A stretch of 64,000 nucleotides of DNA from NCBI GenBank assembly GCA_029007295.1, contig JAQXHN010000018.1:39006-103005 (forward strand), written 5' to 3'. The notes below the pieces were generated by a model. The model saw only the letters and a list, made by a program, of their open reading frames with translations, was not told the origin of the DNA and did not search any database. The DNA is from Clostridia bacterium (GTDB lineage: Bacteria > Bacillota > Clostridia > Oscillospirales > CAG-272). Shown one piece after another: positions 55,860 to 64,000 of this stretch (position 1 is its first letter; each line of letters opens with the position of its first letter). A program made the translations under genes and the position numbers.

Positions 55860-56996
55860 ATGGCAAAAAACGAAAACAAAATCATCGAACTGAAAAACGT
55901 TACGATGCAATTCCCCGAGGACGAGCATCAGGTGCTCAAAGGGATCAATCTCGACATTTATGACAATGAATTTGTCACTCTGCTCGGGCCGTCCGGTTGC
56001 GGTAAAACAACCACACTTCGAATCATCGGCGGATTTTTAACTCCGGATACCGGCGATGTAATCTTCAACGGAAAGAAAATTAATGCGCAGCCCCCCCATT
56101 TAAGACCCTTCAATACCGTCTTTCAGCGATATGCGCTCTTTCCGCATCTAAACGTTTTTGAAAACATAGCCTTCGGCCTGCGTGTTGCAAAGGTGCCGAA
56201 GGAGGAGGCCAACAAACGGGTAAACGACATGCTCGATATTGTAGGTCTTCGGGGCAAGGAGCATCAGGATGTCAATGCTCTGTCCGGCGGTCAGCAGCAA
56301 AGGGTTGCCATCGCCAGGGCTTTAGTCAACCGCCCTAAGGTTCTGTTGCTTGACGAGCCTTTGGCGGCGCTGGATTTAAGACTTCGCAAGGATATGCAGA
56401 ACGAGCTGAAGTCGATTCAGGAATCGCTCGGTATCACTTTTATTTTTGTAACACACGATCAGGAGGAGGCGCTGTCTATGTCCGATACCGTAGTCGTTAT
56501 GGACAACGGTAATATTCAGCAGATAGGCACTCCCAAGGATATATACAACGAGCCGAAAAACGCTTTTGTTGCGGATTTTATAGGCGAGTCCAACATTATT
56601 AACGGCGTTATGGTGCGCGACAAGCTCGTACGCCTTGACTCAAGGGACTTTGTGTGCCTTGACTCCGGCTTTTCTCCTATGGAACCGGTTGATGTCGTTA
56701 TCCGTCCCGAGGATGTCGACATTGTTCCGCTTGAAAAGGGCATGCTTGAGGGAGAGGTTACATCCGTGACCTTTAAAGGCGTGCATTATGAAATCATTAT
56801 TGACGTTTGCGGATTTAAATGGATGATTCAGACAACAGATGAAAGCTTTGTCGGCGACAGAGTGGGTCTTGTTATCGAACCCGACGCCATACACGTTATG
56901 AAAAAATCCGAATACTCCGGCAAGTTCGGCGACTACTCCACCTTCAGCGATGAGATGGACGAGGTTCCTTTGGACGGCAAGGAGGCAGAAAATTGA
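55860..56996 (+). CDS. potA: Spermidine/putrescine ABC transporter ATP-binding protein
   Basis: Walker [25 protein letters not shown] signature, and a C-terminal TOBE-like domain. 378 aa. Confidence 0.85.
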   Translation: MAKNENKIIELKNVTMQFPEDEHQVLKGINLDIYDNEFVTLLGPSGCGKTTTLRIIGGFLTPDTGDVIFNGKKINAQPPHLRPFNTVFQRYALFPHLNVFENIAFGLRVAKVPKEEANKRVNDMLDIVGLRGKEHQDVNALSGGQQQRVAIARALVNRPKVLLLDEPLAALDLRLRKDMQNELKSIQESLGITFIFVTHDQEEALSMSDTVVVMDNGNIQQIGTPKDIYNEPKNAFVADFIGESNIINGVMVRDKLVRLDSRDFVCLDSGFSPMEPVDVVIRPEDVDIVPLEKGMLEGEVTSVTFKGVHYEIIIDVCGFKWMIQTTDESFVGDRVGLVIEPDAIHVMKKSEYSGKFGDYSTFSDEMDEVPLDGKEAEN

Positions 56997-57832
56997 AGAA
57001 ACACAGCTCAAAAACAACAGCGCTTTTAAACGCTCCGTATGCCCTGTGGTCTGCTGTTTTCATTATAGTACCTCTTTTCTTCGTAGCATACTACTCATTT
57101 TTCCGCGACGGAAGCTTCACGCTTGAATACATCGGTAAATTCACGGAAAAAAACAATCTTTCCGCCTTTTGGCTGTCTGTTGTTCTCTCCGTCCTTGCAA
57201 CGGTAATTTCCCTTGTTATCGCATATCCTTTTTCATATTTTCTTTCGAGACTGACTCCCTCGTCGCAGAAAATCCAGATGGTGCTTATCATGCTTCCCAT
57301 GTGGATGAATATGCTTGTGCGAACTTATTCGTGGTCAAACATTCTCGAAACAAACGGAATAGTAAATAAAATTCTCTCCCTTTTCGGAATTGCGCCGCTG
57401 ACTATGCTCGGCTCAAAGGGGGCGGTGGTTCTCGGTATGGTCTATAATTATCTTCCTTATATGATTCTTCCGATTTACACCGCAATGACAAAAATAGATA
57501 AACCGCTTTTAGACGCCGCCGACGACCTCGGCTGTACCCCGTGGGAAAAGCTGAAAAGAGTCATTATGCCTCTTTCCGTACCCGGCGTTATTTCGGGAAT
57601 CATAATGGTATTTGTCCCCTCGATTTCAACGTTCTACATTTCTCAGAGAATGTCGAACGGAAACATCGTACTGATCGGCGACGTCATAGAGACGCAGATA
57701 AAGGAATATTACGCAGACGGCGGATTAAACGTCGGTGCGGCGATGTCCTTTGTGCTGATGGTTATTATTCTTATCTGTACCTTTATAATGAACAAATTCT
57801 CCGACGAGGATAACGGAGGTATGGTGGTATGA
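56993..57832 (+). CDS. potB: Spermidine/putrescine ABC transporter permease
   Basis: Six TM helices with the EAA-like loop [22 protein letters not shown]. Follows potA. Confidence 0.8.
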   Translation: MKKHSSKTTALLNAPYALWSAVFIIVPLFFVAYYSFFRDGSFTLEYIGKFTEKNNLSAFWLSVVLSVLATVISLVIAYPFSYFLSRLTPSSQKIQMVLIMLPMWMNMLVRTYSWSNILETNGIVNKILSLFGIAPLTMLGSKGAVVLGMVYNYLPYMILPIYTAMTKIDKPLLDAADDLGCTPWEKLKRVIMPLSVPGVISGIIMVFVPSISTFYISQRMSNGNIVLIGDVIETQIKEYYADGGLNVGAAMSFVLMVIILICTFIMNKFSDEDNGGMVV

Positions 57833-59799
57833 AGAAAATTTCCAAGGCCGTATTCGCAGTCATTTATCTGTTCCTGTATGCGCCGCTTCTCGTAATGATT
57901 GTATTCTCCTTCAATTCCGGAAGGTCAACCTCTGTTTTCGAGGGAATTTCGGGAAGATGGTACACGACTCTGTTCTCGAACTCGAACCTGATGATATGCT
58001 TCAAAAACTCGCTGATTTTGGCTGTGGTTTCAGCGCTCATCGCAACCGCCTTCGGCACGCTCGCCGCCTTCGGAATTTACAAGCTCAGAAACAAATACGT
58101 TTCCGGCGCTATGTCCGCCGTTAACAGCATTCCGATGATGAATCCCGATATTGTTACCGGCGTTTCAATGATGCTCCTTTTCGTTTTTGCCGGCGGCATT
58201 CTTCACACAGTAAACAAGGTCGGCTTTATTACTCTTTTAATCGCTCACATTACGTTTAATATCCCTTACGTTATATTAAACGTGCTTCCGAAGCTGCGCT
58301 CAAGCGACCGCTCTCTATACGATGCGGCACGGGACCTCGGCTGCACGGGCTCCAAGGCGTTTTTCAAGGCAATAGTGCCCCAGATTATGCCGGGTATTCT
58401 GTCGGGTCTTTTAATGGCGTTCACACTGTCGTGTGACGATTTTGTTATCAGCTATTACACCTCCGGTCCGGATTTTGTTACACTGCCGGTTTATATTTAT
58501 TCGCTTGTTAAAAAGACAATTAAGCCGGACATTTATGCCCTGTATTCCATAGTCTTTGTCTTTATTCTGCTGTTACTCATTGTATACAATCTTTTACAGA
58601 CGGATTCAAAGGACAAAAAGGCTAAAAAGTCAAAGAGCTATACCGCAACAAAAATCACCGCAATTGTCCTGAGCCTTGTCATGGTTGCCGGAGTATCTCT
58701 CGGCGTAATATTCCGAAAAGAATCCGACAATACGCTCAGCAAGCTGAAGGGCGATTACTCCGTCGAGGCCAATCCCTTCCTTAAATATTCCAACATTACG
58801 CTGAATGTGTACAACTGGGGCGAATATATTTCCGACGGGGCGGACGGAACCCTTGACGTAATCGCCGCCTTTGAGGATTTGACGGGAATAAAAGTAAATT
58901 ATATGACATATGAGTCAAACGAGGTTATGTACTCAAAGATAAAGAGCGACTCGGTTTCATATGACGTTATCATTCCCTCCGACTATATGATAGAGCGTAT
59001 GAAAAATGAAAATATGCTCCGTGAAATAGATATGTCTAAGATTACGAATTACTCTAATATCGAAGACAGGTACAAGGGTCTTTACTACGACCCCGATGAA
59101 AAATACTGCGTTCCATACAACGTGGGTATGGTAGGCATTATCTACAATTCGTCAATAGTCGAGGGCGAGCCCGACTCGTGGGAGCTGATGTGGGACGAGC
59201 GCTACAAGGGCGAGATACTCAACTTCAACAATGCAAGAGACGGCATTGCAAGCGCACAGTTTGCCCTGGGTCTGGATATTAATTCCGAAAACAAGGCCGA
59301 TTGGGATAAGGCCGCCGATAAGCTTATCGAGCAGAAGTCCGTCCTGCAGGGCTATGTCATGGACGAGATATTCAATAAGATGGGTTCGGCAAACGCCGCA
59401 ATCGCTCCCTATTATGCGGGTGACTTTCTCACGATGTATGAAGCAAACAACGATTTGAAATTCTACTATCCGAAGGAAGGCACAAATATTTTCGTTGACG
59501 CAATTTGCATTCCCGAATGCTGTCAGAATTACGAAGCGGCATTACTCTTTATAAACTTTATGTTAGAGGAAGAGGTCGCCGTCGCCAATGCGGAATATAT
59601 CTGCTATGCCACACCGAATTCCGCCGCCCGTAACAATGCGGAGTATCAGGAGTATATGGCGGAGCTGCACGAGGATTGGGAATATATTTTGTACGGTGCT
59701 CTTGATTCCGACGATATTTTCACCGAATATTATCACGATTTGCCGATTGAAATCCGCTCCTATTACGAGACTCTTTGGAAAAAGGTCAAGTCGTTCTGA
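57829..59799 (+). CDS. Fused PotC permease / PotD-like polyamine-binding protein
   Basis: N-terminal ~260 aa is a PotC-type permease (EAA loop DAARDLGCTGSKAFFKAIVPQIMP). A Lys-rich linker and an extra TM (ITAIVLSLVMVAGVSLGVI) follow. The C-terminal ~370 aa is a PotD/PotF-type binding protein (NVYNWGEYI...VPYNVGMVGIIYN). Confidence 0.7.
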   Translation: MKKISKAVFAVIYLFLYAPLLVMIVFSFNSGRSTSVFEGISGRWYTTLFSNSNLMICFKNSLILAVVSALIATAFGTLAAFGIYKLRNKYVSGAMSAVNSIPMMNPDIVTGVSMMLLFVFAGGILHTVNKVGFITLLIAHITFNIPYVILNVLPKLRSSDRSLYDAARDLGCTGSKAFFKAIVPQIMPGILSGLLMAFTLSCDDFVISYYTSGPDFVTLPVYIYSLVKKTIKPDIYALYSIVFVFILLLLIVYNLLQTDSKDKKAKKSKSYTATKITAIVLSLVMVAGVSLGVIFRKESDNTLSKLKGDYSVEANPFLKYSNITLNVYNWGEYISDGADGTLDVIAAFEDLTGIKVNYMTYESNEVMYSKIKSDSVSYDVIIPSDYMIERMKNENMLREIDMSKITNYSNIEDRYKGLYYDPDEKYCVPYNVGMVGIIYNSSIVEGEPDSWELMWDERYKGEILNFNNARDGIASAQFALGLDINSENKADWDKAADKLIEQKSVLQGYVMDEIFNKMGSANAAIAPYYAGDFLTMYEANNDLKFYYPKEGTNIFVDAICIPECCQNYEAALLFINFMLEEEVAVANAEYICYATPNSAARNNAEYQEYMAELHEDWEYILYGALDSDDIFTEYYHDLPIEIRSYYETLWKKVKSF

Positions 59800-59834
59800 T
59801 ACGCCGAACATCAACCGAAAAGCATAACAGTAAT

Positions 59835-59878
59835 AAAGGCAGACTTGCGAAGGTCTTCGCAAGTCTGCCTTTATTTAT
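59835..59878. terminator. Bidirectional terminator between potCD and typA
   Basis: Perfect 18-bp inverted repeat aaaggcagacttgcgaag/cttcgcaagtctgccttt flanked by A- and T-runs. Confidence 0.8.
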
Positions 59879-59956
59879 GCCAAATTATATCGGTATATAT
59901 TCTGAATTATTTCGGGCACATGCTTTTATCCGTCAGGCGAACAAAACCGAATCCGT

Positions 59957-61780
59957 TTATTTTTTCCTGTTCTGCGCCTTCAAACGAAGCTCGGTATTGA
60001 GTATTGCCTTACGTAAACGGATTGTTTTGGGAGTAACCTCTATAAGCTCGTCTTCGGCAATATACTCTATTGACTCCTCCAAGCTGAACTTAATCGGGGT
60101 TACAAGACGCAAAGCCTCGTCCGCTCCGGCGCTCCTGATAGCCGTCAGATGCTTCTGTTTGCAGACATTGACCGCAATATCCCCCTGCTTCGGGTTCATG
60201 CCGACAATCATACCCTCGTAAACGGGGGTAGACGGACCGATAAACAGCGAACCTCTGTCCTGCGAATTGTAAAGGCCGTAGGAGGTTGTTTCTCCGGTTT
60301 CGGATGCAACAAGAGAACCCGTATAGCGAAGGGGAATTTCGCCCTGATACGGCTTATAGGAATCGAACACCGACGTGATAATTCCCTCGCCGTGAGTATC
60401 GGTCATAAAGGATGAACGGTAACCGAAAAAGAATCTTGACGGAATAAGATATTCAAGTCTCATTCTGTTGCCCTGCGGAATCATATTGAGAAGCTCGCCG
60501 TGTCTTGCGCCGAGCTTTTCCATAACTGCGCCGACATAATTTTCGGGGACGTCGCACACAACTCTCTCAACAGGCTCGCTCTTAACTCCGTCTATCTCCT
60601 TCATAAGAACTCTCGGAGAGCTTACGGAAAGCTCATAGCCCTCTCTTCTCATCGTTTCAATAAGAATGGAAAGGTGCATTTCTCCTCTGCCCGCCACCTT
60701 GAAGCAGTCGGAACTGTCGCCGTCCTCGACCCGAAGCGAAACATCCTTCAAAAGCTCCTTGTAGAGTCTCGCTCTTATCTGCCTTGACGTTACGAATTTG
60801 CCCTCCTTGCCCGCAAACGGACTGTCATTTACGGAAAAGGTCATTTCGAGCGTCGGCTCGCTGATTTTAACGAACGGAAGCGGAGTAACGTCAACCGGTG
60901 AGGTTACGGTGTCGCCGATTGTAATATCCGCAGCTCCCGAAAAGCATACGATGTCGCCGACCTTGGCGCTGTCGACCTGCTTTCTTGAAAGTCCGTCAAA
61001 CTGATATATGGAGACTATTCTTGTCTTTTTGGCGCCTGCGTCGGGATTATGGTAGTTAACGACAACAGCGTCCTGATTTACCTTGATTTCGCCCCGTTCT
61101 ATTCTGCCGATACCTATTCTGCCCACATACTCGTTATAGTCGATAGAGGAAACAAGCAGCTGTAAGGGAGCGTTTTCATCCCCCTCGGGCGCAGGAATGT
61201 AATCTATTATTGTTTCGAAAAGCGGAATAAGGTCCGTGCCCGCCTCATAAGGCGACAGAGAAGCCGTACCTGCTCTGCCCGAGCAAAAAAGCATCGGACA
61301 GTCAAGTGAGTTTCCGGTCTCGTCAAGCTCCATCAAAAGCTCAAGAACCTCGTTTTCCACCTCTTCGATTCTTGCGTCGGGACGGTCGATTTTATTGACG
61401 ACAACGATAACGGGATGGTTTAATTCGAGAGCCTTCTGTAATACGAATCTCGTCTGAGGCATCGGCCCTTCCGCCGCGTCAACCAGCAAAATAACACCGT
61501 TAACCATCTTGAGAATACGCTCAACCTCGCCGCCGAAATCGGCGTGTCCGGGAGTGTCTATAATATTGATTTTCTTATCCTTGTAGTGAACCGCCGTGTT
61601 CTTTGCAAGTATGGTGATTCCTCTTTCCTTTTCGAGAGCGTTGGAGTCCATAACTCTCTCTTCTGTCGCCTGATTTTCACGGTAAACGCCGCCTTGCTTG
61701 AGCATTTCGTCAACCAAAGTGGTTTTTCCGTGGTCAACATGGGCGATAATTGCAATATTTCTTAAGTCGTCTCTTTTCAA
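59957..61780 (-). CDS. typA: Translational GTPase TypA/BipA
   Basis: TTG start ([27 protein letters not shown]) with RBS AGGAG 7 nt upstream. G1-G4 GTPase motifs. ~607 aa. The longer ATG-initiated ORF was judged an artefact. Confidence 0.85.
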   Translation of the reverse strand: MKRDDLRNIAIIAHVDHGKTTLVDEMLKQGGVYRENQATEERVMDSNALEKERGITILAKNTAVHYKDKKINIIDTPGHADFGGEVERILKMVNGVILLVDAAEGPMPQTRFVLQKALELNHPVIVVVNKIDRPDARIEEVENEVLELLMELDETGNSLDCPMLFCSGRAGTASLSPYEAGTDLIPLFETIIDYIPAPEGDENAPLQLLVSSIDYNEYVGRIGIGRIERGEIKVNQDAVVVNYHNPDAGAKKTRIVSIYQFDGLSRKQVDSAKVGDIVCFSGAADITIGDTVTSPVDVTPLPFVKISEPTLEMTFSVNDSPFAGKEGKFVTSRQIRARLYKELLKDVSLRVEDGDSSDCFKVAGRGEMHLSILIETMRREGYELSVSSPRVLMKEIDGVKSEPVERVVCDVPENYVGAVMEKLGARHGELLNMIPQGNRMRLEYLIPSRFFFGYRSSFMTDTHGEGIITSVFDSYKPYQGEIPLRYTGSLVASETGETTSYGLYNSQDRGSLFIGPSTPVYEGMIVGMNPKQGDIAVNVCKQKHLTAIRSAGADEALRLVTPIKFSLEESIEYIAEDELIEVTPKTIRLRKAILNTELRLKAQNRKK

Positions 61781-62038
61781 CTTTTTACTCCTGATAATCT
61801 TTATTTCACGTAAAAAACAACTTTTAGTATAATACAGATTTTCTCGGTTGTCAACCTGCATTACAGCTTACTTAAAAAATAATTTACCGTTTTCGGGGGA
61901 AATGTTTTTTAATATTGTTTGAACGTCGGTTATTTTCCGTTTTGAAGCCGAATACAAATGGGAACGGGAAGACGAATCCGCCCCCTTGTAAAATTAAAAA
62001 TCGAGGGGCGGTCAACAAATAAGAAAAGGACGAAAACC

Positions 62039-63142
62039 ATGACAAATCAAAACACGGCAAGAAAAAACGAAGCCCTTATTGCTCTTTACCGCTTTACCGT
62101 ATGCTCCCTTTCGCTGACGGTAATTCTGTGCACATTGGCGCTTCACCTGACAAATGCGCTCTCCTTCGACTCGTTTGCGGACAAGCTTTTATTTTCCGTA
62201 TCCAAGGAAGAAGGCAAGCAGGAAGAAGCAGATAATCTCGGCAAAGCGCACGGCGGCAATAATTTGCCGAAAAACGATAATATCGACAGCTCTTCCTCAA
62301 AAAGAGACGGGGAAGAAGAAAAAGCAGAAGGAGAAGAAGAGGAGAGCTTTGTCGACTATGACTACACGATAAAGAGCTCGGATATGGGCTGCTATGACGA
62401 TTATCTGACGCTACGCAACAACGAAACGGACTACGCTCCCGATACAAAGGCCCTGCTTGCTTTGCCGTATCCGAAGGAGCTGACCGGCAAAATAACAAAC
62501 GAGCCTCTGGTGCTCGTCATTCACACTCACGCAACCGAATGCTATACAAGCGAGGGAGCAGAGGGGATTTCCTCGGATACGGCGTTTCGCTCATCGGACA
62601 CCGAGCTTAATACCGTTAAGGTCGGAAGTGAATTTTGCAGGGTGCTTGAAGACAACGGAATAAGCTGTATTCACTGCACCAAGCTTCACGACGAGAACGA
62701 TTACAACGCCTCTTACGCCAATTCGCTTGAAAGCGTAAAATATTATCTTGAAAAATACCCGTCAATAAAATACATATTCGACATACACCGAGACGCCATT
62801 TTCCGCAACGAAACCGACGCAGTGAAGCCTCTTTGCAAAATTGACGGCAAGGATACCGCACAGATAATGCTGGTATGCGGAAGCAACGCAAAAGGGGCAG
62901 ACCACCCCGAATGGCAGGACAATCTCTCGGTCTGTCTCAAGCTTCAAAAGAAGCTTTGCGACGCCTATCCCCCGCTTATGCGAAAAATCGATTTAAGGGG
63001 GGCAAGCTTTAATCAGCAGTACAGCAAAGGCTTTATGCTCGTTGAGGTCGGCTCATGCGCAAACACGCTGTCCGAGGCATTGTCGGCGGTCAGGCTGTTC
63101 GCTTCCTGTACGGCGGAAATGATTAAAGAATATTCCAAATAG
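62039..63142 (+). CDS. spoIIP: Stage II sporulation protein P (SpoIIP family)
   Basis: Start at MTNQNTARKNEAL. TM anchor and an acidic linker. SpoIIP core LVLVIHTHATECY...IFDIHRDA...GFMLVEVGS. Confidence 0.75.
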   Translation: MTNQNTARKNEALIALYRFTVCSLSLTVILCTLALHLTNALSFDSFADKLLFSVSKEEGKQEEADNLGKAHGGNNLPKNDNIDSSSSKRDGEEEKAEGEEEESFVDYDYTIKSSDMGCYDDYLTLRNNETDYAPDTKALLALPYPKELTGKITNEPLVLVIHTHATECYTSEGAEGISSDTAFRSSDTELNTVKVGSEFCRVLEDNGISCIHCTKLHDENDYNASYANSLESVKYYLEKYPSIKYIFDIHRDAIFRNETDAVKPLCKIDGKDTAQIMLVCGSNAKGADHPEWQDNLSVCLKLQKKLCDAYPPLMRKIDLRGASFNQQYSKGFMLVEVGSCANTLSEALSAVRLFASCTAEMIKEYSK

Positions 63143-63353
63143 CTTTCACTGTTCGGAGTTGTTTGTGTCTGTCGGCAACAAATCAAACGCTTTATACATC
63201 AAAATATTCAAAAATTTGACGCAAAGCAAAGAAAATTCGGTAATTATCTTAAAAAAATAACATATTGTACATTTTAACCTTGTATTTTGTTTCTTACTAT
63301 AGTATAATAAATCATTATAAGAAGAGAAATGAAAGCTATGGGAGGAAACAACA

Positions 63354-64000
<647 letters not shown>

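Noticed and set aside
61781-61861. N-terminal 27-aa extension of the typA ORF from an upstream ATG
   Set aside because: TypA family proteins begin MKREDIRN. A TTG with AGGAG 7 nt upstream at 61780 gives that N-terminus, and the longer form has no RBS.

Overview
This 64 kb window looks like chromosomal DNA from a Gram-positive, spore-forming Clostridia-type organism (Oscillospiraceae/Ruminococcaceae-like), roughly 50% GC. Evidence for that placement: spoIIP, an ispH-rpsA fusion, SLH-domain and sortase-B envelope proteins, and a THF riboswitch that closely matches the Eubacterium siraeum type. Most of the window is densely packed housekeeping genes. These include family-4 UDG, fakA-fakB-plsX-acpP, trmK, a Nif3-like gene, prfB, ispH/S1, plsC, cmk, pcrA, gpmI, yicC-remA-gmk-rpoZ-priA, metF, potABCD, typA, spoIIP and glyA. 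Three tRNAs are present: Leu-TAA, an initiator Met, and Thr-CGT. No CRISPR array, transposase or integrase was seen. Non-core stretches that deserve a second look: (1) 31.3-35.8 kb, directly downstream of the tRNA-Leu/tRNA-fMet pair and a truncated surface-protein remnant, holds a membrane module resembling B. subtilis ydjG/ydjH/ydjI but without pspA. It comprises an SPFH protein carrying four tandem zinc ribbons, two paralogous lipocalin-like lipoproteins, a double zinc-ribbon membrane protein and a TPM-domain protein. (2) A THF riboswitch drives an unusual FolT-like ECF S-component with a BspA-type LRR insertion. (3) A DUF6088/AbiEi-like wHTH gene with a perfect palindromic operator is translationally coupled to fakA-fakB. 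(4) A GNAT-fold gene of unknown function sits inside the fak-plsX-acpP lipid operon. (5) A sortase-B locus (srtB, GT2, cyclase, SPQTG substrate with an internal duplication, LCP ligase) whose sorting motif reappears in the gene remnant next to the tRNAs. (6) A fused PotC-PotD permease/binding protein follows a terminator-like leader structure upstream of potA. The interpretation of these is largely inference from sequence motifs. No database searches were possible.
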